Source: Octopus bimaculoides
Taxonomy: Eukaryota
DNA length: 63,723 bases
NCBI RefSeq assembly: GCF_001194135.2
Contig: NC_069002.1
Location: forward strand, 3,302,735-3,366,457
Reading direction: 5' to 3'
The notes under the pieces are model-generated. The model did not search any database. It saw only the letters and a program-made list of their open reading frames with translations, and was not told the DNA's origin. The translations under genes and the position numbers were made by a program. Numbering within the stretch: position 1 is the stretch's first letter; each line of letters opens with the position of its first letter. This document shows, piece by piece, positions 24,205 to 35,580 of the stretch.

Positions 24205-24235
<31 letters not shown>

Positions 24236-27200
24236 TTCACTTTTACTTTTAACATTTTAACTATTGTTTCCACAAACTATTATTCCACAAAAAAATTGTT
24301 TCTACAAAATATTGTTCCACAAAATACTGTTTCCACAAAATATCGTTTCCACAAAATATATGGCATGTACATAAGGGCGATAACTCAGGATAACATACTG
24401 ATACCTGAAGAGCTCAATGCTCAGTAAGAAACAAATATATATTTATGGCAGAGGCGGGCATGGCTGTGTGGTTAAGAAGCTTGCTTCCCAACCGTGTGGT
24501 CTTAGGTTCAGTCCTACTGCATGACAACTTGGGCAAGTGTCTTCTACTATAGCTTTGGGCTGACCAAAGACTTGTGAGTGGATTTCGTAGACGGAAACTG
24601 AAAGAAGCCCGTCGTGTATATATATATATTTATATATATATATACGTTGGGCCTCATGGAAGCAAAGTGGCTGAGTTCCTTTCAAGCATTGGGGCCTCAC
24701 GAAGGCAATGACTGAGACCTTTGGCATTGTGTCGTCCTTGAGAAGAAGATCCATCAAGCTAAGCAAACTCACAGTTGTGGCAGATTCTGATGTCATGCAA
24801 ATGGCACCCGTGCCAGTGGCACATAAAAGCACCCATTGCACTCTCAGAGTGGTTGGCATTAGGAAGTGCATTAGGAAAATCATGCCAAATCAGACTGGGG
24901 TCTGGTGCAGGCTTCCAGCTTACCAGCCCTGGTCAAACTGTCCAATCCATCCCAGCAAGGACAGCGGACATTAAACGATGATGATGATGATGATATATAT
25001 GTACAGGGCCGTACAAAGGTAGAGAAATGTTATCCTCACCGTGGACTCTCCATGTCGGCTTCATCTGCTGTCGTAAACAAGAAATGTTCTGGTAGCAAAG
25101 AACAGCAGCATCCAAAGCATTGACGCCATTCCAGGGGGCGCTAGAGGCATGGGATGCTTTGCCTGTGAACTGGATATTCAACCTAGCAAACGGAGAAGAA
25201 TCAGGAGGTTAGTACATGGACAGCGTGAATAACAGAGTCGGTAGAGCATCGGACAAAACTGAAATTTTGTGGGGAGGGGAATAGTCGATTACATCAACCC
25301 CAGTGTTTCTGCTCAATACCACAGGCTTGCTTGTCAGTTGCTTGACCTTAACCAGTTGAGCATGTCCCTTGGTGGCTGACGATAAGTGCATCTCTGATTA
25401 CGAGCAGAAGTAGTGGGGGAGCATCATAGCCATGTGTTGAGAGGAATTCTTTGGGGTTTGAATAATTCACCTTTGGAAACATGGGTGTTTTGCTCAACAT
25501 CCTTAAACAAACCTTATTCAGGGACCTTTTGAGTGGGATGGGCTACTCGACCCGAAGAAAATTTTAACTGGGCCCTACCTGCGAGATCATGCGCTGTTTA
25601 TGTTGATATGAGGTCACCATGTCGCGCAAATATGGTTGTGATGCATGTGCCTGGTGTACCCTTATCAGACGGGTAGTCATGCTGGGTATATTGGGCTTCA
25701 TATATTTTACCCCAGTGTCACTTTGATGGCATGCATTGCTCTCTCACTCAATAATAATAATAATAATAATGATAATAATAATTTCAAATTTTGCCACAAG
25801 GGCAGCAACTTTGGAGGAGGGGATGAGTCAATTACATCGCTCCCAGTGTTCAACTCGTACTTATTTTATTGACCCCGAAAGGATGAAAGGTAAAGTTGAC
25901 CTCGGCAGAATTTGAACTCAGAACATAGCGATGGGTGAAATACCGCTAAGCATTTCGTCCAGCGTGCTAACGAGTCTGCCAAGTAGCAAAACCGTAAACC
26001 CATACATACAACCTAAAATCAGTGACAATAGAAAAACATTAAATTTGTTTTATTTACCCTTGAAGACATAAATATTTGGGTCGCCAAATTGACTTGTTTG
26101 AAGGGTGGGCCATCATAGCAACATCAACAGTTTCTAAAGCTCCAGCATCAATTAACTTCACTTTACCACCAAGGCCTTCCTCAGCTGGTGTGCCAAGTAC
26201 CGTCAGCTAAAATACAGAAACACAAAATATATACATTATTTACATTTAACGGATATTTGTCCTCATCTTGTTTGTTGTTAACAACGTTTCAGTTGAGAAG
26301 TACATGGAACAAATAGGGGTTAATGTTTTCCTACAATGACCTGAGATTGACCCAAACTCGGACAGATATCTTCCCACCACAGCCTCAGGTTGGCCCAAAC
26401 TCAGGCATAAGTTTTTTCACCACAACTTCAAGTTGATCCAAACTTGGGCTAATGTCTTTCAACTATGGTCTTAGATTGACTTAAACTCGGGTAAATGTTT
26501 TCCTACTACAACATCAGGTTGCCTCAAATTTGGGCAAATGTCTTCTGACCACACACAGTCTCAGGTTGAGCTAAACTTCGAGTGAAACTGAGCAAATGGA
26601 AACTATGAAGAAACCCACTGGCTGGACTTTACCTGTTATTGTGTGGTAACAGAGGAATATGGCAAAAAAGACTCCCTTCAGTGACAAATGACTATGGGAT
26701 TGCACCTAGAAAGTTCACCTCCGAGGTGCAAGTCCAGGCAAGGTTGTTTTGTGGAAGACCAGCAGTCGCCCATGCATACCAGCCTCCCCTCTCCTCGCTA
26801 CCAATGTTATCCATGGGAAAGGCAAAGGCCAATACAGCTTGGCACCAGTGATGCCACAAGACATTTCTACGGCTGAGTGAACTGGAGCAACGTGAAACAA
26901 AGTGCCTTGCTCAAGAACACAATACACAGCTCAGTCCAGGAATCAAACTCACAACCTCACTATTGTAAGCCCAACTCTCTACCCAATGAGCCATGTGCCG
27001 TCACTCAACAGAGGAGTATGGCAGCACTATATTATTATTATTATTATTAACTGCAGACTAGTTAAGGGTGTCACAGTAGCTCTGTATTATTAGCTACATG
27101 TTACTTAAGAGGGCTATGGTAGCCTTGTATTACATCCATCCCTCTTTTCTGGTCATTATTCTTGGGAGGTTGTAGGAGTAGAGACCTCAGGCACCGCTTC

Positions 27201-28984
27201 CATTGGGTCCTCTCAGAAGCAACCTTCATTACACGTTCTGGCTGGATTACCAAGCATGACCAATGGAAACTATTAATATTATCCAACCATCAGAAGGCAG
27301 CGAGTTGGCAGAGTCGTTAGCACGCTGGACGAAATGCTTGTTGCTATGTTCTGAGTTCAAATTCCGCTGACATCGTCTTTGCCTTTCTCTCTTTTGGGAA
27401 CGATAAATTAAGGATCAGTGAGGCACTGGGGTCGATGTAATCAACTAGTCCCCCCACAAATTTCAGGCCTTGTGCCTTTAGTAGAAAGGACAATATCCAA
27501 CCATCTCATTCTTGCTCAACCCCAAGGTCTCCTGTTGGGTGGCTTGGCTTGAAATATCTGTCCTATGATTCTCCCCTGTGACATTCTAATCACATCATCT
27601 AGTGCCAAAGCTACTCCGACTCCTCTACTATTGGCACCTCTGACTCCGACTCCTCTTTGTCATTAAGTGATTGTGGTCTACATACCTCATAAAACATATG
27701 CATGTGCTTGTACTTTGAGTAGGCCTATGTGTTAGAACTGGTTTATATTAAAGAATAAAGATATTGTGAGTCGGAGTCAGTAAAACTATACTAACTCCAA
27801 CTCCAGCTACTCCTTAATTGTTTCCGACTCCACAGCCCTGGAGCTAACACAGTTTCTTTTCTATTACTTCCTTCTCCACCATCCTCTCACTTCTATCACT
27901 TTGTTTACTCCATCACATTAATATTCTCTCTCTCTCTCTTCTATTCACTTCCTCTGACATAGTTACCTTGACCAAACAGAGACAAGAAATAGGGAGATGA
28001 CTTTTTTAAGTGTTGCAGGGCATTTGGCCATCCAAACCCATGCTGGCATGAAAAAAACAGACGTTAAGACAGCTATCCCTGTCCCTCTGTCATACACCAA
28101 CCTCTTGTCTGACACTTTTCCAGTTCCTCTCCCTCTCTCAGCTGAGATGTCTTTGTCTCGCAAGCTACTTAGTAACCCCACAAATGCTGATTCAACATAA
28201 AAAGCACCCAGTACACTCTATAAAGTGGTTGGTATTAGGAAGAGCATCCAACTGTAGAAACCATGCCGAAACAGTTAACCAGTGCCTGGTGCACCCCTCA
28301 ACTTTGCCAGATCCTGTCAAACTATCCAATCCAAGCCTGCATGGAAAACGGACGTTAAATGATGATGATGATGATGATAAAACACGAAATTATACACACA
28401 CACACACAGAAGTGGGGAAAATAAATAGCTGTATAAACACCTCTCCATGTCCCTTTGTATGGACACATAATATGGGCAAATAATAGTAATAACTGCTTTT
28501 TTTTTTCATTTGCCACAAGGGCAGTGACTGAGGGGACATTACAAAACCAACAACAACAATGTAAATAAATAACAAAGAAAAATATTTCAGAAACTCTCAC
28601 CTTTCCAGTTAGTTTGTTTCCTTCATCGTCCATAGCAGTTTTCAGCGCCACTCCTGCAGCAATTCCAACTTCGGCTATTAAATTGTGACCACAAGCGTGA
28701 CCAATATCGGGCAGAGCATCGTATTCACACATAATAGCAATGTGTGGCCCATTCTCTGACCCAGCTGTTTCGAATGTCGCCCGAAACGCAGTCGAAAGAA
28801 TGTATTTCCTTTCAACTGTTAGGCCGTAATTTTCGAGAAAATTCGTCAGTATATCATGAGCTTTGTATTCTTTGAATCCTAATTCAGGGTTTGTCCATAT
28901 TTCTTTGCTGATGTCGGAAAGTTCTTGGGCAAAGATTTCGTTAGTGAATACATCGTGTACAATGGATTTAACATCAACATCCAT
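21841..28984 (-). CDS. PM20D2: Peptidase M20 domain-containing protein 2 (Xaa-Arg dipeptidase-like), 6 exons, 403 aa
   Basis: Exons 28984-28601, 26206-26058, 25182-25040, 24011-23857, 23508-23274, 21986-21841 total 1212 nt, all GT-AG and in frame. M20D motifs: [65 protein letters not shown]. Confidence 0.96.
22490..22715 (-). mobile_element. tRNA-derived SINE family 2 (GGCGAG.TGGCAGAATC.TTAGCAC..GTTCAAAT..GCCTTTCATCCTTTC.GGGTCGATAAA)
   Basis: A/B-box-like head and conserved central block. Other copies at about 19562-19670, 25780-25982, 27295-27492, 37640-37820, 44560-44730, 45050-45500, 56760-56930, 59105-59215, 63570-63723. Confidence 0.75.
23274..23508 (-). CDS. PM20D2: PM20D2 exon 5 (LNYKLIQ...GSTDMGN...FATAA)
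   Basis: Acceptor gtatttccag, donor GTACGC. Confidence 0.92.
23857..24011 (-). CDS. PM20D2: PM20D2 exon 4 (GIIKNGG...ATGCS)
   Basis: Acceptor cttttccag, donor GTAAGT. Confidence 0.94.
25040..25182 (-). CDS. PM20D2: PM20D2 exon 3 ([12 protein letters not shown]...WRVH)
   Basis: Acceptor tttgctag, donor GTGAGG. Confidence 0.94.
25310..25720. repeat. Unclassified interspersed repeat family (ctatgatgctcccccactact..gatcagagatg..tcaagcaactgacaagc)
   Basis: Related copies at about 31260-31640, 32810-33030 and 62400-62500. Confidence 0.65.
26058..26206 (-). CDS. PM20D2: PM20D2 exon 2 ([15 protein letters not shown]...MMAHP...LCLQ)
   Basis: Acceptor tgtattttag, donor GTAAAT; contains the catalytic EE motif. 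Absent from the ORF track. Confidence 0.93.
26320..26585 (+). repeat. Diverged 43-bp minisatellite (about 6 units) in PM20D2 intron 1
   Basis: Unit anchor aaact/aaatt at 26354, 26397, 26440, 26483, 26526 and 26573. Confidence 0.85.
27605..27840. mobile_element. Probable DNA-transposon end with (GACTCC)n subterminal repeats
   Basis: Repeated ACTCCGACTCC motifs in both orientations, ending CCGACTCCACAGCCCTG. Confidence 0.4.
28601..28984 (-). CDS. PM20D2: PM20D2 exon 1 (MDVDVK...KLTGK)
   Basis: ATG at 28984, donor GTGAGA at 28600. Confidence 0.93.
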
Positions 28985-30835
28985 TATTGATGTTTTTCAA
29001 ATATAATATATATATATGTGTATAATATATTTATATTTTAGAAGAACTAAGTTTTAGATCTATATATACAGAGATGTTTATATATAAGTATATATTAAGA
29101 TGTATGTACAAAAGTCTTTTAAAGATATGTGTATATATATATATATATATATGTATGAAAACGAATGTTTATGTTCGAATTTTGTTGTACGCGTATGTGT
29201 GGATTTATGTATTATAAAGATCTAAGATCAGTACATCAAATATCTGTTTTTCTGTGTATCGGTTTGCATATAGTATGATTAATTTAAACTCGTTTATTAT
29301 TCATCTATGCAGATAACGGACCACTTTCTGTCCATGAATATATATGTAGGTATATATATATGTAGGTATATATGCAATTACATGTCGTTCAAGCTGTGTC
29401 TATTTATACATACATATAATGTTTGTATAGCACAATTACATGTATCTGTGTGAGTATATACACACATATATATATACGTAGGGATAGTTATGTTATTTTA
29501 ATCCTCTTCTGACTGAATATTTCAGAATTAAATCCACATTCAATGAAGCAAATGGTCTTTGGTTTACAAATAAGGATTAAAATAATAATCAAACATAAAT
29601 TCGAAAAGTGCAGGATTGATAATAAAAACAAATGGGGGTGTGTGATGAGTAAACTAAATAATATAAATGATTAAATAAATCAAATCAAATATAAACTCTA
29701 CTGATTATAAGTGGGTACAGCTGTACCTACCGTCCTCTCATTTGTACCTTGAACAGGTTTCGAATTCCACAAATGACGGTTATTATTATTGTCGTTGTTG
29801 GTATATCTGCTCGTTTGTTTATTTAGTTGGTTTGTTTGGTTTTTACTGAGACGTTTCTTTTAACGATCGAAGCAGACGTAGAGTTGTGATGTTCATGCCT
29901 CGCCTCACCCTAGGGTGGTTATTTGTTAACTGCAAAGTGAAAGTGAAGTGGAGCGGTTCCAACCGGGAGGAGCGGAGTAGGTTAGTCACTCATCCAGTAA
30001 AACTGATTGATGGTATTTCTATGTTATTCGTTCGGTTAGACGAACGAAAGGTCCGAAAATTTCAAGAAGATCAAATTTGAAGTGATGACATTCATGCCTT
30101 TCCTCCACAAGACGTATTTAAATGAAACGAAGTGAAATCGAAGCGAAATGGGGGGGGGGGAAATCCACAACGGTTGTTTTATCAAGTATTTTTTAAATAC
30201 GATATATAAATAAACATTGGTGATCGTTTAACACAAAGAAGGAGTTTAACCGAAGGAGTGTATATATTTATATTATATTATATAGTATTAAAGATACTCA
30301 ACTGAACATCCTGTCTTATATGCGAGAGTATTTTAAAGATACTCAACTGTATAGAAACAAATATATATATATATATATATGTCTTTTTGGAAGAATATAT
30401 TGGTATATATATATATTGTTGAAGCTCCTTAACTGAACATGGTCAGTCTTTGAGGTCTTCTTCTGATGAAGAACAAACTCTGCGTTTATTCAAAACTGGA
30501 ATAAAAGACAGAGCGAGAGTTTTTGAAAAAAAAAAGGCAAAATGACACAAGGATTCGTTCGTTATGACTTTGAAGACATTGCGATCCTTTTTGGCAGTTT
30601 TATGTTTTGCTCTTGTTTTTGTTTTTTGTTTTTGTTTTAACCAAATTGTGTTTATTTAAACTCAAACCTAACACAATGAGCAGCAAATGCGGTGAAAGCA
30701 ACGGTGTTAGTTAAATGTTGTATCTGCTGTTAATTAGGGTACAACAGTTCATGAGATGAGAGAAAAAAAAAGCCATACGCATCTCTTCTGTTATATAATT
30801 CCATTCACAGTAAGGGTTCGTTGTGTGTATGTATG

Positions 30836-30874
<39 letters not shown>

Positions 30875-33375
30875 TTGTCACTCACCCTCCTCAACATCGC
30901 TTGACAACTGGTGTTGGTTTGTTTACATTCCCATTACTTGGCAGTTTGGCAGAGTGATAGAATAAGTATCAAACTTAAAAAAAAAAGAAAAGAAGTTCTG
31001 GGGGCAATTTTTTTTTTTTTTTTTTTACTGAAATCTTCTAAGTTAATGTACCCCATGTAATTAGGAAGTAAACATTTTAACCACATGGCTATACTTGCAC
31101 TTATATGTACTTCACAAAAACAAAAAAGCAACCAATAAACTGTAACAAATATCGATTTTCAATTTTAGCACAAGGCCAGCAATCCCAAGGTAGGAATAAG
31201 CCGATTACATCAACTCCCAGTATTTTCTTTAAACTGTACTTTTGTTATGATATTTATTCAAACCCTAAAGAATCCCCTTTCAACACATGGCTATGATGCT
31301 CCCCCACTACTCTTGCTCATGATCAGAGATCACGAACATATTGTCAGCCTGTAAGGGAAATTATTCCAGTGGTAAAGGTCAGGCAATTGACAAGCAAATC
31401 TGTGGTATTGAGCAGAATATTTGCTATAATGATATTTGTGCTTCAGCATCTCAGTGCTGAATCTGTCTGAAATGTAATGGAAAATTGGTCAGCTTCAAAA
31501 CATTGATGTCCAGGTCACAAAAGCAAAGTTTGAAGGGAATAGTAGTGATTTGCTTTGATTTCTAGATGGAAGCAAACAGGAGATGACCCTTATTGGCCAA
31601 AGACAACAAGCAAATCTGTGGTATCGAGCAGAATATTTTCTTACAATGTTATCAATCCCCAAAATATGCAAAGCAAAGACAACCTCAACAGCATTTGAAT
31701 TCAGAACATGAAATTGGATGAAATGCCTCTAAGCATATTTGGCCTGTATACTAACTGTTCAACCTGCTCATAAACCTAATTGTTGCAAATATTCAAAATA
31801 TAGAAGAGAGGTTAAAGGGAAAAGGTTATATTGTCATGTTTTATTGAAGTGAATGTTTGAATTAAAATGTTAAAATGTGTGCGTGTGGTATGTGGTATGT
31901 GTGTGTGTGTGTGTGTGTGTCTGTGTGATGTTAATGTCTACATTCCAATAACTGGTCTAGTTTATATAAATGGCTCTTAATGGCCCTTTATTGCAGCTGG
32001 TTTGAAGTCTGTGGTAATTAAATCAATATTTGAAAATGTTGCTAATGATTTTTACCATCTGAAGAAATTAAGAGTTCAACAAAATTGTTTAAAAAATTAT
32101 TTTTAAAAATACATAAAAAAAAAAAGACGGTGCTATAATCTCACATTACTGGCAACTGGATGTCTGTGTGTGTGTGTTTCCTTTTAATTGTTTCAGTCAT
32201 TTGAGTGTGGTCATACTGGAGCACCACCTTAAAGGGTTTTCGTTGAAGAGATCGACCCCCAAGATTTATTCTTCGTAAGCTTAGTACTTATTCTATCATT
32301 CCCTTTTGCCAAACTGCTAAGTTACAGGGACATAAACACACCAGCATCAGTTGCCAAACGATGGGGGGGGGGGGGCAAACACACACACACACACATATAC
32401 ATGTGTATATATATATGTATGTATATATATATGTATATATATATATATATGTATGTGGTGGTGGTGGTGGCAGCTTGCTGTTACTGCTGATGTTGCTGTT
32501 GTTGTTGTTGATGTTGTTGTTGTAGTTGTCTGGTTTTAGTCATCAGCCAGCTGTGACTCAGCCAGTCCCTTATAACCAGAAGCAATCTCTTATTCAGATG
32601 TAAAATATCTGGGACTGTATTATGCAATCTGTCTTTCCTCCCAATCCTCCTCCTCTTTCACCTTCTATCCTCCTCCTCCTCCCCCTCCTCTTCTTCCTTG
32701 TCTTCTTCTTCTTCTTCTTTGGGTAGCAACTGTTGTTCCCTATTTGCTGACCCCTAGAAAGTCTGAAAAAGGATTAATATTTCCTTCAAACTTTTCTTTT
32801 GTTATGATATTTAGTCAAACGCCAAAGAATCCCTCTCAACACACGGCTATGATGCTCCCCAACTACTTCTGCTCACGATCAGAGATGCATATATTGTTAG
32901 CCACCAGAGGACATGCTCAAGTGGTTACGGTCAAGCAACTGACAAGCAGATCTGTGGTATTGGGCAGAATATTTGCCATAATGATATTTCTGCTTCAACT
33001 ACTCAGCGCTGAATTTGTCTCAAATGTAATGGAATGTGTGTGTTTGTGTGTACTGGTCTGCTGGATCCAGAAGTCGAGGTTCATTTTTTTGACCATTTAT
33101 TTCTTATAAAATAAAATTCTTTTAAAATGATGTCAAATCGAAAAACATGTTACTGGAAACTGCAAATGTTCGGGTATGTCTGTATATAGAGGATTTAGTA
33201 TATAACGGCACTAAATTTTGGCCGAAGGCCAGTAATTTTAAGGGACGGATATAATTGATTACATCGACCCCTTTAAGTTGACTGATATTTTATTTTATCA
33301 GTATATCAACTGATGAAAGGCAAGGTCGACCTCGGGCGGAATTTGAACTCAAAAAGTAATGAAGCCGAGGAAATG

Positions 33376-33822
33376 GGTACTCAGGAAGAAGAGTGGACCC
33401 GCGCTAATCATTAAGAAAAGTGAAAATAAAACAAATTTTCAAATTGAAATAAAATGTTATTCAAAAGTAAAACCATTCCGAAAGATGTTTTATAATCTTC
33501 TGAAAACATTCATCCACCGTTTTCCCATATTTTTCTCTCCAAAGAAACTGATCTAGATGGAATTCAATCATATTTGTTTGTGTTTCCATAACTCCTGAAT
33601 CCGGTAACATTCAACAGAGTTCTGGGTAAACGCAAAGAATACGCATACCACCCGTTTTCGGCGTTTAGGGTTAAGTTTAGGTTGAGGGTTACGCCGAAAA
33701 CGGGCAGTGTGCGTACTCTTTGCCTCCGCCGAGTTATAAATAACATTTTATTTCAATTTCAAAATCGTTTTATCTTCACGTTCTGAATAACTATCGCGGG
33801 TCCACTCTTCTTTACGAATACC
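33376..33822. mobile_element. MITE-like element with about 85-bp terminal inverted repeats, nested in a SINE
   Basis: The TIRs share a perfect AAGAAGAGTGGACCCGCG and TTGAAATAAAATGTTATT. Flanks AGGAAATG / ACGAAATA resemble a decayed 8-bp target duplication. SINE family 2 halves lie on both sides. Confidence 0.7.
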
Positions 33823-34454
33823 ACGAAATATCAATTAAGTATTTTGTCCGAGCTCTAACGATTCTGCCAGTCCACCGTCCTTGTTTAGTATAAGGCAGCA
33901 TTAAACGTATTATTTATATAATACAGAGTACATGTCCTATACAGACAGTTTGTAATATGTAATGTAAATTATATGTAGTATAACAGTGTATTCATTACAT
34001 AATATTGAATAGTTATTTTTAATAGCTGGTTAGGTGCGATCCGGTGCGCCAGAAATGGCCATCTAATATAAGACGTAACGTATCTACGACAATATTACTC
34101 AATGTGTTAGTCCTTTTTCTCTCAAGACGGTAGAATGTGCTTTGAGAGAGAGAGAGAGAGATGTGGCTGCTATTTCTAGTAAATAGTGTCTTACAGTTCC
34201 AATACACTTTCCCGTCATTGTTATAATTTCATGTTACTGCCGCCGGACAGAGGTCGAATGTAACATATGGAAATATCCTGAAAATTATATCCGTTATAAA
34301 TAAATATCAAATTAGTGTAGATTTTTTTGCAATCTGATTGTATTGACACTAAAAAAGAAATTTTTTAAAATGCACTAAAAATTAGTAGATTTAAATATGT
34401 TAGGTTTGTTAATAAAGTAGGTTTATATAGATAATTTGGCATCTATTTGGGCAG

Positions 34455-34548
34455 GCCTCGGTAGCGCAGTAGGCAGCGCGTCAGTCTCATAATCCAAAGT
34501 AATCGTCGAGCCATCTGAAGGTCGTGAGTTCGATCCTCACCCGGGGCA
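34455..34548 (+). tRNA. tRNA-Met-CAT: Elongator tRNA-Met(CAT) with 21-nt intron (34492-34512)
   Basis: Spliced 73-mer GCCTCGGTAGCGCAGTAGGCAGCGCGTCAGTCTCATA/ATCTGAAGGTCGTGAGTTCGATCCTCACCCGGGGCA folds as a full cloverleaf (acceptor GCCTCGG/CCGGGGC, GTTCGA T-loop). It closely resembles the vertebrate elongator tRNA-Met as recalled. Anticodon at 34488-34490. Confidence 0.95.
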
Positions 34549-34550
34549 GA

Positions 34551-34557
34551 TTTTTTT
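34551..34557 (+). terminator. RNA polymerase III oligo-T terminator of tRNA-Met
   Basis: T7 run 2 nt after the discriminator base. Confidence 0.85.
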
Positions 34558-35496
34558 AGTTTCGTACTTTGTGAAATTTAAATTTCTTTTTTTAAATTAT
34601 AGTAACTTTATAAAAAGTTCTAAATATAATTTACCAACATATTAATTTGTTGTAGTATTTGGCACGAGGTCAATAATTTTAGATTGAAGCAGTTGGTCGA
34701 TTTGCATGGACCACGATTTATTTTAACGACCCCCGAAAGGTTGAAAGAATTTACCAACACAATTAATAAAATAATTTAATTACTATGAAATACCTAAAAT
34801 TAATTGATAACCATTGAGTAGTTACAGCGGAAGAGTTACGAAAACCAATGAAAACACATACAGTCACAAATCATCAACCAATATTCCCTGTACTTATGCT
34901 ATCAGTTCTTTAATCTAACAGTTAAGGGGACGTAAACAAAGCAACACAGGTTGTCAAACGCTGGGGTACAGATACACACACATACACACACAAAGTCTTA
35001 TTTACAAAACTGCTTAATTGACTTAATTAAATAATACTAGGTAAATGAAAACAATAATGAACGTAAAAGTAAGGAGTTAATAAGCTGCATATTTTTGGCA
35101 ATGTATAAAATTCGAAACCATCAACGTTAAATATATAAGCGAGGGAGAGAAGGTAAGAAGATAATTGGAGAGAGATGGGGAGTAGAAAGAGGAATAAAAA
35201 TAGACATGGTGGGAATTGAGTTAAGAGAAGGAGGTAAGAAAGTAGTGCAAGAAAGAGAGGGTATGGAAGACAAAGAGAACAGGATAAATAGAGAGAAGGA
35301 GAAAAGAGAAGGAAGTGATGAGAAGGGAGATCACTCTCTGTTACCTAACATTGTCGCGGGAAATATTCCCTACAAAAAAACGATTCTTATTTTGTGCATT
35401 GTTGAAACTTTCAATAAAATGCACGAAATTCTAGCGGCAAACATTTTATTTATTTGAATTAAGTTTCCATCATCCATCACACTGGCTTCGGAGGAT

Positions 35497-35580
35497 ATGA
35501 TAGCAGCCTGTGAAACCCAGGATTTTGTACCCTTTGGGAGGGAATATATCCATTTGCATCCCGGCAAGTTCGAAATACAG
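35497..35580 (+). CDS. ANAPC1: ANAPC1 coding exon 1
   Basis: MIAACETQDFVPFGREYIHLHP matches the APC1 N-terminus (MIAA.D.QEFVPFGR). Donor CAG|GTTATT is GT but weak. Confidence 0.8.

Noticed and set aside
26320-26585. CRISPR-like periodicity
   Set aside because: Units are contiguous and diverged with no unique spacers and no cas genes; this is a eukaryotic SINE-derived minisatellite.
21841-28984. Bacterial contamination or horizontal transfer of an M20 amidohydrolase
   Set aside because: The gene has five spliceosomal introns filled with host repeats and matches the widespread animal PM20D2.
30461-30500. CTGATGAAG as a third hammerhead core
   Set aside because: No downstream GAAAC box or stem II could be formed.
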